Part shown: positions 8,758-18,043 of the stretch, piece by piece
Position numbering within the stretch: the first letter of the stretch is position 1
How the letters are laid out: each line of letters starts with the position of its first letter
Assembly (NCBI GenBank): GCA_035549075.1
Contig: DASZRT010000151.1
Location: 26,693-90,692, forward strand
From: Polyangia bacterium
Lineage (GTDB): Bacteria; Myxococcota_A; Polyangia; Fen-1088
Length of the DNA: 64,000 bases
Reading direction: 5' to 3'
Translations under genes and position numbers: made by a program
The notes under the pieces: model-generated
Database searches by the model: none
What the model was told of the DNA's origin: nothing
Seen by the model: only the letters and a program-made list of their open reading frames with translations

Positions 8758-9003
8758 ATGACCGTGACCAACGTGATTTTCGACCCAGCGCCTGTGCCTG
8801 CCGCCGCACCGACCGAGCCGCCCGAGCCGCCGATGCTCCTCCGGCCGCTCAGCCCACGTGAGAGCCAGATCGTTCAAATGCTCGATCAAGGCCGAACGCC
8901 GAAGGAAGTCGCCTTCGAGCTCGGCATCGCCAACGCGACGGTGCGGGTCCTGCTGTCGCGCGCGGTGAAGAAGGGCAGCCGCCCGCGCCGGGTTACCCGG
9001 TAA
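8758..9003 (+). CDS. Small LuxR/GerE-type HTH transcriptional regulator (81 aa)
   Basis: LSPRESQIVQMLDQGRTPKEVAFELGIANATVRVLLSRAVKK matches the LuxR C-terminal HTH. The 3' end overlaps the convergent cysK by 11 bp. Confidence 0.7.
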   Translation: MTVTNVIFDPAPVPAAAPTEPPEPPMLLRPLSPRESQIVQMLDQGRTPKEVAFELGIANATVRVLLSRAVKKGSRPRRVTR

Positions 9004-9928
9004 CGCGGCGGGCGAGGTCGGCGAAGACGGCGTTGTTCGCGTAGCGCTCGCCGCCATCCGGCAGCATGACGACGATGCGCTTGCCCCGCAGCTCGGGGCG
9101 CGCCGCGAGCGAGAGCGCGGCGTGCAGCGCGCCGCCGCTCGACATACCAGCCGAGATGCCCTCGCGACGCGCGAGGGAAAGCTGCGCGCGTACGGCCTCT
9201 TCCTCGGTGACGGCGACGACCTCGTCGATGACGGCGCGGTTGAGGATCTCGGGGACGAAGCCGGCGCCCAGGCCAGGCAGGTGGTGCGGCCCGGCCGCGC
9301 GGCCCGACAGCACGGCCGCGCCCGCGGGCTCGACGGCGACGACGCGAACGCCCGGCTTGCGGGCCTTGAGCACCTCGCCGACGCCCGTGATCGTGCCGCC
9401 CGTGCCGACGCCCGCGACGAAGACGTCGACGTCGCCGCCCGTGTCGGCCCAGATCTCTTCGGCCGTCGTGCGCCGGTGAACCTCGGCGTTCGCGGGGTTT
9501 CGGAACTGCTGCAGCATGACCGCGCCCGGCGTCGCGGCGACGAGCTCTTCGGCCTTCTTGACGGCCTCGCGCATGAGCGAGCCCGGCGTGAAGACGATGG
9601 TGGCGCCGAGCATGCGCAGGAAGCCGACGCGCTCTTGCGAGATGTGCTCGGGCATCGTGAGCGTGAGGGGGTAGCCCTTGGCGGCGGCGACGAACGCCAG
9701 CGCGATGCCGGTGTTGCCGCTCGTCGGCTCGACGAGCGCCGCGCCCGGCTTCAGCACGCCGCGCTTCTCGGCGTCTTCGATGAGCGCGGCGCCCACGCGA
9801 TCCTTGACGCTGCCGCACGGGTTGCGCGCCTCGAGCTTCACGAGGACGCGCGCGCCGCGCGTGTCGAGGCGGCGCAGCTCGACGAGCGGCGTGCGGCCGA
9901 CCGACTGGACGACGTCCGAGAAGAGCAT
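8993..9928 (-). CDS. cysK: Cysteine synthase A (O-acetylserine sulfhydrylase)
   Basis: PLP-lysine motif SVKDR, GNTG glycine loop, GTGGTITG; 311 aa. Confidence 0.95.
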   Translation of the reverse strand: MLFSDVVQSVGRTPLVELRRLDTRGARVLVKLEARNPCGSVKDRVGAALIEDAEKRGVLKPGAALVEPTSGNTGIALAFVAAAKGYPLTLTMPEHISQERVGFLRMLGATIVFTPGSLMREAVKKAEELVAATPGAVMLQQFRNPANAEVHRRTTAEEIWADTGGDVDVFVAGVGTGGTITGVGEVLKARKPGVRVVAVEPAGAAVLSGRAAGPHHLPGLGAGFVPEILNRAVIDEVVAVTEEEAVRAQLSLARREGISAGMSSGGALHAALSLAARPELRGKRIVVMLPDGGERYANNAVFADLARRVTG

Positions 9929-9973
9929 GGTTCCATCTTACTATCGCCGTGGGCGCACGGTACGCTCGCGGCG

Positions 9974-10561
9974 GTGAAACCCGTCGCCGTCGCCATGGCC
10001 GTCGCGCTCTCCGCGATGACGGCGGCGTGCGCGCCCGCCGTACAGAGCGCGACGGTGAAGGTCGCGTCGGAGCCCGTGCGCGCCGCCGACGACGCCGTCG
10101 TCGTCGTGATCGTCCAGCCCGAGTCGCGGCTGCGCTCGGTCGGTATTCTCGATGGGCGAGGTCAACTGGTCGCGCAGCTCGACGATCGCTCGCACGCCGT
10201 CGTGCACGTAAAGGAAGGACCCACGGTGCTCTACGCCGTGCGCGAGAACGACGTCGCGTCGGTCGATCGCGTCGAGGGCACGCTGGTCCCCGGCCGCGTC
10301 TACTACGCCATCGTCGGCGAGCGGCCGGGCGGCGTCTCGTTCGAGGTGTTGAGCCCGCGCTCGCCGGGCGGCCGCTGGGCGCACAAGGACGACTACCTTC
10401 GTTCGACGCCCCGGCTCGCCCTCGACGGCGACAAGGTCGGCCGCGTGATGAACGAGCTCGGCGATCCCGACGCCATCGTCCAGGCCGGCGAGGCCGCCGC
10501 CAGCAAGATGACGCCCGCCGCGACGGCGTCCCACACCTTCCAAGAGAACGACGGCTACTGA
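9974..10561 (+). CDS. Lipoprotein, hypothetical (195 aa)
   Basis: A GTG start gives MKPVAVAMAVALSAMTAAC (lipobox). The upstream part of track ORF 9122..10561 is antisense to cysK. Confidence 0.65.
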   Translation: MKPVAVAMAVALSAMTAACAPAVQSATVKVASEPVRAADDAVVVVIVQPESRLRSVGILDGRGQLVAQLDDRSHAVVHVKEGPTVLYAVRENDVASVDRVEGTLVPGRVYYAIVGERPGGVSFEVLSPRSPGGRWAHKDDYLRSTPRLALDGDKVGRVMNELGDPDAIVQAGEAAASKMTPAATASHTFQENDGY

Positions 10562-10682
10562 GGTGACGGGCGTCATTCCCGCGAAATAGCTCAGAATTCC
10601 TCAGGGCGCCTTCGCTGCATCGGCCAGCGATTCCGTGCCTGGTACGCCAAGGGCCATCGTCTATGTCTCCCGTACGGAGGTG

Positions 10683-12458
10683 ATGATGTCCCGAGGAATC
10701 ACGTCCACCTGCGTCGGTCTTGGCGTCGCCTTGGCCCTCGCTGGGTGCACCGGTACGATAGGCGGCTCGCCCGGCGCGGGTCGGCAGCCCGGCCAGAACG
10801 GCGGCGGTCCCGGCAGCGGCGGCACCGTTGGCTCGACGGGGGCTGGCGGAACGATCGCCGGCGCCGGTGGCACCATCGGGACGGGCTCGGGCGGTGGGGC
10901 CCCGGCGTCGTGCTCGGCGGCCGCGCCCGATCCGGGCGACACGCCCCTCGCGCGCCTCACGCAGGAGCAGTACCTCAACACGCTTCACGACCTCTTCGGC
11001 AACATCAACCTCACCTCGATCTTCCCCACGTCGCAGAGCGCCTCGCAGTTCGGGCTCGCGCAGGCCGACGTCGACGGCTCCGACCTCGACAAGTACCAGC
11101 GCGCCGCCGAGCAAGTGGCCGCCGCCGTCGTCGCCGACAAGAACGCGATGGCCAAGATCGCGCCGTGCACGGCGACCGCGGCCGCCGATCAGCGCACGTG
11201 CGCGAAGACCTTCTTGCAAAACTTCGGCACGAAGATCTACCGCGCGCCCATCGACGCCGCCGACTTCGATCGCCACCTCGCGCTCTACGACGCGGGCTCG
11301 CCCAACGGCGGCTACGCGCACGGCATCGAGCTCATGTTGCGCGGCATGATGCAGGCGCCGCGCTTCCTCTACCGCGTCGAGCTCGGCACGGCCGAGGCCG
11401 TGGGCCCGACCGCCGTGAAGCTCTCGGGCTACGAGCTCGCCTCGCGCCTGTCCTACACGCTGTGGAGCACGGGCCCCGACGACGCGCTCTTCGCGGCGGC
11501 CGCGGGCGGCAAGCTCGCGACGGCGGCCGACGCGCAGGCGCAGCTCACGCGCATGCTGGCCGATCCGCGCGGCGCGACGGCCGTGCGCCACTTCCTCGAG
11601 TCGTGGATCCACCTGCCCGATCTCGACAACGTCGCCAAGGACGGGACGCTCTACCCCGAGTGGAACGACGACGTCCGCGGCGCGATGACGACGCAGGCGC
11701 AGAAGTTCTTCGACGACGTGCTCGCGACCAAGGGCGGCACCGTCGCGTCGCTGCTGACGTCGAAGACGGTGTTCGCCAACGGCAAGCTCGCGCCGATCTA
11801 TTCGGCGCAGGCGACGACCTTCCCGACCGACGGCAGCTTCACGAGCAGCGACAAGACCGACGGCACGGCCTCGGGCCTGCTGACGCTGCCGGCGTTCCTC
11901 GCGACGCAGGCCAAGGCCAGCGAGAGCTCGCCGATCTACCGCGGCAAGTTCGTGCGCGAGCAGCTCTTCTGCCAGGAGCTGCCGTCGCCGCCCGCCAACG
12001 TCCCGCAGGCTCCCATGGTGACCCCGGGCGCGTCGACGCGCGACCGCCTCAAGCAGCACGAGAGCGACATGACCTGCGCCACGTGCCACACCCTCATCGA
12101 TCCCGTGGGCCTCGGCTTCGAGCACTACGACGCCATCGGCCGCTACCGGACCGTTGACGGCGGTAAGCCCGTGGACTCGACCGGCAAGCTCACGGGCACC
12201 GACGTCGACGGCGCGTTCGACGGCGTGAGCCAGCTGGGCACGATGATCGCCGCCAGCGCGCAGGTTCAATCGTGTGTCGCCAAGCAGTGGTTCCGCTACT
12301 CGATGGGCCGTGGCGAGCAGGACGCCGACAGCTGCTCGATCAACGCGCTCACGCAAGCCTTCACGGGCGCGGGCGCCGACCTGCGCACGCTGCCCGCGGC
12401 CATCGTCGCGACGCCCGCGTTCCTCTACCGCCGTCCGCTCGCGCAAGGGAGCAACTGA
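10683..12458 (+). CDS. DUF1592/DUF1588/DUF1585-family lipoprotein (so-called Planctomycete cytochrome-c-like) with a single CxxCH-like motif (CATCH)
   Basis: GGAGG RBS before ATGATG at 10683. Lipobox LALAGC. Gly-rich linker. C-terminal CQELPSPP...MTCATCHTLIDPVGLGFEHYDAIGRYR is characteristic of the DUF1585/DUF1588 region. Confidence 0.85.
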   Translation: MMSRGITSTCVGLGVALALAGCTGTIGGSPGAGRQPGQNGGGPGSGGTVGSTGAGGTIAGAGGTIGTGSGGGAPASCSAAAPDPGDTPLARLTQEQYLNTLHDLFGNINLTSIFPTSQSASQFGLAQADVDGSDLDKYQRAAEQVAAAVVADKNAMAKIAPCTATAAADQRTCAKTFLQNFGTKIYRAPIDAADFDRHLALYDAGSPNGGYAHGIELMLRGMMQAPRFLYRVELGTAEAVGPTAVKLSGYELASRLSYTLWSTGPDDALFAAAAGGKLATAADAQAQLTRMLADPRGATAVRHFLESWIHLPDLDNVAKDGTLYPEWNDDVRGAMTTQAQKFFDDVLATKGGTVASLLTSKTVFANGKLAPIYSAQATTFPTDGSFTSSDKTDGTASGLLTLPAFLATQAKASESSPIYRGKFVREQLFCQELPSPPANVPQAPMVTPGASTRDRLKQHESDMTCATCHTLIDPVGLGFEHYDAIGRYRTVDGGKPVDSTGKLTGTDVDGAFDGVSQLGTMIAASAQVQSCVAKQWFRYSMGRGEQDADSCSINALTQAFTGAGADLRTLPAAIVATPAFLYRRPLAQGSN

Positions 12459-13819
12459 TGAGCGCCACCGACACCCGCACCAAATTTTCGCGCCGTCGTC
12501 TGCTGGGTGGCCTCGGCGGCCTCACCGTGGCGCTGACGGCGCCCATCTGGAAGCCGGCGACGACGTTCGGTGCCGCCGCCAAGCCCGCCAAGCGCTTCAT
12601 CGGCGTGTTCTCGGCGAACGGCACGATCCCGCAGTCGTTCTTCCCCAACACGACGGCGCCCGAGTCGACGCTCGCGCTCGGCCCCGAGTGCCGCATCCTC
12701 GCGCCCATGGCCGCCCACAAGAGCCAGATGCTCGTGCTCAAGGGCGTCGACATGGTGTCGACGATCGGCGCCAACCACCCGGGCGGCCCGCACATGAAGG
12801 GCCCGGGCGCGATGCTCACGGGCGGCACGCTGCTGCCCGGCCCGTTCACGGGCTCCGAAGGCCCAGCTGGCTACGCGAACTGCATGTCGGTCGACCAGCT
12901 CATCGCGACCCGCCTTGGCACGACGACGAAGTTCCCGTCGCTCGAGTTCGGCGTGCGCATCCAGGGCCAAGAGCCGCTGCGCTACATCTCGTACCGCGGC
13001 GCCAGCATGCCCAACACGGCCGTCGACGATCCGTGGCAGCTCTACAGCCGCATGTTCGCCAACGCGGGCATGACCGACGCGCAGCTCGCGCGCACGATGA
13101 CCGAGCGCCAGAGCGTGCTCGACTTCTTGAAGGCCGACCTCACGTCGCTCGAGGCGCGCTTCTCGGCGAGCGATCGCGCGCGCCTCGACGCGCACCTCAC
13201 GGGCATCCGCACGATCGAGCAGCAGATGAAGGCGGGCACGCAAGCGTGCGCGACGCCGACGCTGCCGGCGCGCATCGACCCCGAGGTCATGGAGAACTTC
13301 CCGACCATCGCGAAGATCCAGATGGACCTCATGCTGCTCGCGCTCACGTGCGGCATGACCAACGTCGCGACGTTCATGTTCGCCAACGCCGACAGCTGGC
13401 AGTACTACCCGTGGATCGGCATCAACGAAGAGCACCACACGATGTCGCACGGCGACGACAACGACGCCGCGAACGTCGAGAAGCTCGTGCAGATCAACAT
13501 CTGGCACGCGCAGCAGATCAACTACATGCTCGACGGCCTCGCGGCGCACAACGAGGCGGACGGCAGCACGATGCTCGACAACTCGCTGCTGCTGTGGGGC
13601 AACGAGCTCGGCAAGGGCAACACGCACACCTACAAGGACATCCCCTGGATGCTCGCGGGCGGCGTGGGCGGCTCGATGCGCATGGGCCGCTTCCTCCAGT
13701 ACAACGCCCAGCCCCACAACAACCTGCTCGTCTCCGTCGCCAACGCCTTCGGCCTCAGCGACGTGAAGTCCTTCGGCGACCAGTCCGTCTGCACCGGCGC
13801 CTTGGGCAACCTCACCTGA
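12458..13819 (+). CDS. DUF1552-family protein with a twin-arginine signal (obligate partner of DUF1592)
   Basis: TGATG stop/start overlap with the upstream gene. SRRRLLGGLGGLTVALTA Tat motif; 453 aa. Confidence 0.85.
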   Translation: MSATDTRTKFSRRRLLGGLGGLTVALTAPIWKPATTFGAAAKPAKRFIGVFSANGTIPQSFFPNTTAPESTLALGPECRILAPMAAHKSQMLVLKGVDMVSTIGANHPGGPHMKGPGAMLTGGTLLPGPFTGSEGPAGYANCMSVDQLIATRLGTTTKFPSLEFGVRIQGQEPLRYISYRGASMPNTAVDDPWQLYSRMFANAGMTDAQLARTMTERQSVLDFLKADLTSLEARFSASDRARLDAHLTGIRTIEQQMKAGTQACATPTLPARIDPEVMENFPTIAKIQMDLMLLALTCGMTNVATFMFANADSWQYYPWIGINEEHHTMSHGDDNDAANVEKLVQINIWHAQQINYMLDGLAAHNEADGSTMLDNSLLLWGNELGKGNTHTYKDIPWMLAGGVGGSMRMGRFLQYNAQPHNNLLVSVANAFGLSDVKSFGDQSVCTGALGNLT

Positions 13820-13822
13820 GAC

Positions 13823-14375
13823 CGATCGGGCTCGCTCGCTGCCGCTCGCCTCGCGATGCGGGGCGACACGGGCTCGCTTGCTTCGCAAGCATCGCGGCTC
13901 GTCTCCGGTCGCTGGGCTGGCCGTGTTTGGGGATGCGTCCGCGCTCCGCGGCTCGGGCGGGCCCGACACGGCGCCAGCGGGTGTGAGGACGAAGGGGCCC
14001 TGGAAGCTCCGCGCGGCCGAGTCCCCGAACCCCTCCAGCACTGCACTCGCTACGTTCTGCCGTCGAAGTCAGGCAGGGCTCGCCGATGTTCGAGCCGCGC
14101 GCTCCAATTGTGGCGGTATCGGCCGACCTTCGAAGGCGAGACGTAGAAAGCGCGAGCGGACGGGTTTGGGGATGCGGCTGGGCGGAGCTTCCAGGCCCCT
14201 TCGACCTCACACCCGCTGGCGCCGTGCCGGGCCCGCCCGAGCCGCGGAGCCCAGACGCATCCCCAAACCCGGCCAGCCCAGCGACCGGAGACGAGCCGCG
14301 ATGCTTGCGAAGCAAGCGAGCCCGTGTCGCCCCGCATCGCGAGGCGAGCGGCAGCGAGCGAGCCCGATCGAATTG
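13823..14375. repeat. Large imperfect inverted repeat with arms 13823-14012 and 14183-14375 (about 90% complementary) around a ~170-bp spacer carrying a third partial copy of the TTTGGGGATGCG core; REP/MITE-like or structured-RNA element
   Basis: The reverse complement of 13823-13905 matches 14293-14375 almost exactly (terminal CGATCGGGCTCGCTCGC). Mirror-image ORFs on both strands translate to near-identical peptides (MLRKHRGSSPVAGLA...). An internal GCTTGCttcGCAAGC hairpin is present. Confidence 0.75.
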
Positions 14376-14415
14376 TGATTGACGGCGACCTGGGCCAGAG
14401 GCACCATGTCAAAAG

Positions 14416-15084
14416 ATGAATCGCCGTTCAGAATCTGAAATCGCGAAGGCAAATCTTCGCGAGCGCATTCGGGAGACGACCGTCCAGGCGATTCTCGACG
14501 CGGCCGAAGAGGTGTTTGCCGACGCGGGCCTTCACGCGGCGCACATGGGTGAGATCGCCGCCAAGGCCGGCACGTCGGTCGGCACGCTCTACAACCACTT
14601 CGAGGACCGCGAGGCGCTGCTGGCGGCGCTCATGGAGGCGCGCCACGCCGAGCTGGTCGCGCGCATCGACGCCGCGCTCGTCGAGAACGCCGGCCGCCCG
14701 CTGCGCGACCGGCTGCGCGGGATTCTGGGCGCGTTCTTCGCCCACTGCGAGGCGCACCGAAAGTTCGTGCTCATCGTCCTGCAGCGCGAGGTGGGGCGCT
14801 ACCACCAGACCTACCCGCAGGCGTGGGCGAAGAAGACGGACGCCATGCGCGACATCCACGCGCGCCTCGGCGACGAGATGAAGACCGGCGTCGCCGAGGG
14901 CTCGCTGCGCCCCGAGGCGCTCGACCTCGCGCCCACGTTCTTCCTGGGCATGATGCGCGCGCTCATCATCCGCGACGTCGTGCTCGAGCCGGGCGCCGAC
15001 GCGGCCGCCGACGTCGATCGCCTCATGGACATGTTCTTTCACGGCGTCGGCCCGCACGGCGCGCACCGGGAGGCGGCGGCGTGA
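14416..15084 (+). CDS. TetR/AcrR-family transcriptional regulator
   Basis: N-terminal HTH (ILDAAEEVFADAGLHAAHMGEIAAKAGTSVGTLYNHF); 222 aa. Confidence 0.9.
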   Translation: MNRRSESEIAKANLRERIRETTVQAILDAAEEVFADAGLHAAHMGEIAAKAGTSVGTLYNHFEDREALLAALMEARHAELVARIDAALVENAGRPLRDRLRGILGAFFAHCEAHRKFVLIVLQREVGRYHQTYPQAWAKKTDAMRDIHARLGDEMKTGVAEGSLRPEALDLAPTFFLGMMRALIIRDVVLEPGADAAADVDRLMDMFFHGVGPHGAHREAAA

Positions 15085-16685
15085 GCGTCGCGGCGACCTT
15101 CGCAGCGCCGGTCGCGCGCGCGCCCGTCAACAAGTGGCTCGTCACGCTGTCGGTGACGTTCGGGACGCTCATGGGCGCGATCGACACGTCGATCGTCGCC
15201 GTCGCGACGCCGCACCTCACGGGCGCGCTCGGCGCCACCGTCGAGGAGATGACCTGGGTGACGACGGGCTTCGTCATCGCGACGGTCGTCGTCATGCCGC
15301 TCACGGCGTTCCTCGGCCGCTTCTTCGGCCAGAAGCGCGTCTATCTGTTTTCGCTGGGCCTCTTCGTGCTCGGGTCGGCGTTGTGCGGCCTCGCGCGCTC
15401 GCTGCCCATGATGGTCGCGTGCCGCGCGCTGCAGGGCCTGGGCGCCGGCGCGCTGCAACCGACCGAGCAAGCGATCTTGCGCCAGACCTTCCCGCCCGAA
15501 GAGCAAGGCATGGCGATGGCGCTCTTCGGCCTCGCCGTCGTCGTCGGCCCGGCGGCCGGCCCGGCGCTCGGCGGCTACATCCTCGACAACTTCGCCTGGC
15601 CGTGGATTTTCTACATCAACCTGCCCATCGGCATCCTCGGCATCTTCATGGTGACGCGGTTCGTGCACGAGCCCGACGACATCCGCCGCGAGAACAAGGC
15701 GCGCGCCGAGCAGCAGCGCAAGAACCTCGACTGGCAGGGCATCGTGCTCATGACGGTCGGCCTCGCGTCGCTGCAGTACGTGCTGGAAGAAGGCAGCCGC
15801 AACGACTGGTTCCAGTCGACGACGATCGCCGTCATGTCGTTCGTCGCCGTGTTCGTGCTGGCGGCGTTCATCATCCGCGAGCTCACGGCGCCCGTGCCCG
15901 CCGTGGCGCTCGACCTGTTCAAGGACCGCGTGTTCCTGTCGGGCACGGTCATCGGCGCGATGATGTTCGCGATCCTCATGTCGATCACCTTCCTGCTGCC
16001 GCTGTTCATGCAGCAGCTGCTGGGCTTCCCCGCGCTCGACTCGGGCGTCGCGCTCATGCCGCGCGCGCTCGCGATGATGATCGGCATCCCCATCGTGGGG
16101 CGGCTCTACAACAAGGTGCAGCCGCGCATCCTCGTGATCCTCGGCGTCATCCTCGTGTCGACGAGCGCCGTCCTCATGTCGCGCTACACGCTCGCGACCA
16201 GCTCGCACTCCGTCGTCCTCGCCATCATGATCCAGGGCTTCGGCTTCGCGTCGCTGTTCGTGCCGCTCACGACGGTCGCGCTCGCCGGCATCCCGCGCTT
16301 CCGCCTCACCGACGCGACGGGCCTGAACTCGCTCGTGCGGCAAATCGGCGGATCGATCGGGCTCGCGGCGTTCGCGACGCTGCTGCCCCACTTCGTCGCG
16401 GCGGCGCGCTCGGGCCTCGCGGCCCACGTCGATCCGGGGCGGCCCGAGGTCGCGGCGCGCCTGCAGATGTTGCAAGGGGGCCTGCAGACGCGCGGGCTCA
16501 GCACGGGCGCCGCGCGCGAGGCCGCGCTGCGCATCGTCGACGGGACGCTGTCGATGCAGTCGTCGGTGCTCGGCTTCGAGCGCATGTTCCTCGTCGCCGG
16601 CCTCGGGTTCCTGCTCGTGATTCCGTTCGCGCTCTTCCTGCGGCGGCCCAAAGGCACGCCGGCGCCCAAAGTCGATTTGCACTGA
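15081..16685 (+). CDS. emrB: MFS drug efflux transporter, DHA2 / EmrB-QacA family (14-TMS type)
   Basis: GTGA overlap with the tetR stop. Motifs LGRFFGQKRVYLFSLGLFVLGSALCGLA and GLGAGALQP; 534 aa. Confidence 0.85.
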   Translation: MSVAATFAAPVARAPVNKWLVTLSVTFGTLMGAIDTSIVAVATPHLTGALGATVEEMTWVTTGFVIATVVVMPLTAFLGRFFGQKRVYLFSLGLFVLGSALCGLARSLPMMVACRALQGLGAGALQPTEQAILRQTFPPEEQGMAMALFGLAVVVGPAAGPALGGYILDNFAWPWIFYINLPIGILGIFMVTRFVHEPDDIRRENKARAEQQRKNLDWQGIVLMTVGLASLQYVLEEGSRNDWFQSTTIAVMSFVAVFVLAAFIIRELTAPVPAVALDLFKDRVFLSGTVIGAMMFAILMSITFLLPLFMQQLLGFPALDSGVALMPRALAMMIGIPIVGRLYNKVQPRILVILGVILVSTSAVLMSRYTLATSSHSVVLAIMIQGFGFASLFVPLTTVALAGIPRFRLTDATGLNSLVRQIGGSIGLAAFATLLPHFVAAARSGLAAHVDPGRPEVAARLQMLQGGLQTRGLSTGAAREAALRIVDGTLSMQSSVLGFERMFLVAGLGFLLVIPFALFLRRPKGTPAPKVDLH

Positions 16686-16713
16686 ACCACGCCCAACAAG
16701 AAGCACAAACAAC

Positions 16714-17958
16714 ATGGAAACAGCTCGCCAAACCACGGATCTCCCCAAGGCCGAACCCGCCGTCGCCGTCGTGCCGGCCGCCGCCGCCGCGCCCAAGCGC
16801 AAGCGGCGCCCGTTCGTCATCCTCGGCGTCGTCGCCGCGATCGCGCTCGTCGCCGTGGGCGGCTACGCGTTCGCGACGCACGGGCGTGAGACCACCGACG
16901 ACGCGCAGGTCGCCGCCGACGTCGTGCCGGTGGCGGCGCGCGTGAGCGGCCAGGTCGCGAAGGTGCACGTGCACGAGAACCAGTGGGTCAAGCGCGGCGC
17001 GCCGCTCGTCGACCTCGACGACGCCGATCTCCAGGCGCGCATGCAGCAGGCCGACGCCGAGCTCGCGACGGCGCGCGCGCAGGCGCAGGCCGCCGACGCG
17101 CAGGTGCAGATCGTCGACGCGACGTCGAAGGGCGGCCTCGCGGGGGCGCGCGCGGCGCTGTCGGGCTCGGTGGCCGGCGTCGGCACGGCCGAGGCGCAGC
17201 TCGCGAGCGCGAAGGCCGCGGCGGCGCGCGCCGACGCCGACCTCAAGAAGGCGGAGCTCGACCTCACCCGCGCGCGCACCTTGCGCCAGGCGGGCGCCGT
17301 CCCGCAGCAGCAGCTCGACACGGCGCAGATCGCCTTCGAGGGCGCGACGGCGGCCAAGGCGCAGGCCGACGCGCAGGTCGCCTTCGCGAGCGACGCGCGC
17401 GTGAGCGCGCAGAGCCGCGTCGGCGAGGCGCGCGGTCGCGTCGATCAGAGCACGCCCGTCGCGCCGCAGATCGCGGCGGCGCGCGCCGGGGCCGCGCTCG
17501 CGGCCGCGCGGGTGCGCAGCGCCGAGGCCGCGCTCGCGCTCGCCAAGCTCCAGCTCAGCTACGCGCACGTCGTCGCGCCCGCCGACGGCTTCGCGTCGAA
17601 GCTCTCGGCGCACGAGGGCCTGCTGATCTCGATCGGCATGCCGCTCGTCGAGCTCGTGCCGTCGGACACGTACCTCGTCGCCAGCTTCAAGGAGACGCAG
17701 ATCGGCCGCATGCGCCCCGGCCAGCCGGCCGAGGTCGAGATCGACGCGTTCCCGGGCCAGAAGTTCGAGGGCAAGCTCGAGAGCCTCGCCGGCGGCACGG
17801 GCGCGACCTTCTCGCTGCTGCCCCCCGACAACTCGACCGGCAACTTCGTCAAGGTCGTGCAGCGCGTGCCGGTCCGCATCTCGTGGACCTCGGCGCCGCC
17901 GGCCGACGTCGTCCTGCGCCCCGGCCTGTCGGCCGACGTCACGGTCGACACCCGCTAG
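16714..17958 (+). CDS. emrA: HlyD/EmrA-family membrane fusion (secretion) protein
   Basis: N-terminal TM segment, biotinyl-lipoyl-like VVPVAARVSGQVAKVHVHENQWVKRGAPLVDLD, long coiled coil; 414 aa. Confidence 0.85.
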   Translation: METARQTTDLPKAEPAVAVVPAAAAAPKRKRRPFVILGVVAAIALVAVGGYAFATHGRETTDDAQVAADVVPVAARVSGQVAKVHVHENQWVKRGAPLVDLDDADLQARMQQADAELATARAQAQAADAQVQIVDATSKGGLAGARAALSGSVAGVGTAEAQLASAKAAAARADADLKKAELDLTRARTLRQAGAVPQQQLDTAQIAFEGATAAKAQADAQVAFASDARVSAQSRVGEARGRVDQSTPVAPQIAAARAGAALAAARVRSAEAALALAKLQLSYAHVVAPADGFASKLSAHEGLLISIGMPLVELVPSDTYLVASFKETQIGRMRPGQPAEVEIDAFPGQKFEGKLESLAGGTGATFSLLPPDNSTGNFVKVVQRVPVRISWTSAPPADVVLRPGLSADVTVDTR

Positions 17959-18043
17959 CCGGGTCTGCTCCTCGGGTGCGGTGAAACGTCGCACCTGACG
18001 GGGCTTTGCGGGCGGTGCCCTCGCCCACTAAAATAGGCGGCCG

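Noticed and set aside
8886-12446. 1186-aa ORF on the minus strand
   Set aside because: It is antisense to cysK, a lipoprotein gene and the DUF1592 gene. Its Arg/Ala/Gly-rich composition (RRRRRAR...) is typical of out-of-frame reading of 70%-GC DNA, and it has no family match.
13812-14378. Mirror-image ORFs 13812..14315(-), 13878..14378(+), 14086..14382(+) and the tail of 12425..14041(-) with near-identical translations
   Set aside because: They are an artefact of the large inverted repeat: both strands read the same sequence. There is no coding periodicity and no start context.
15039-16820. 593-aa minus-strand ORF
   Set aside because: Antisense to the emrB MFS transporter, with a highly charged Arg/Glu/Asp-rich translation and no hydrophobic periodicity.
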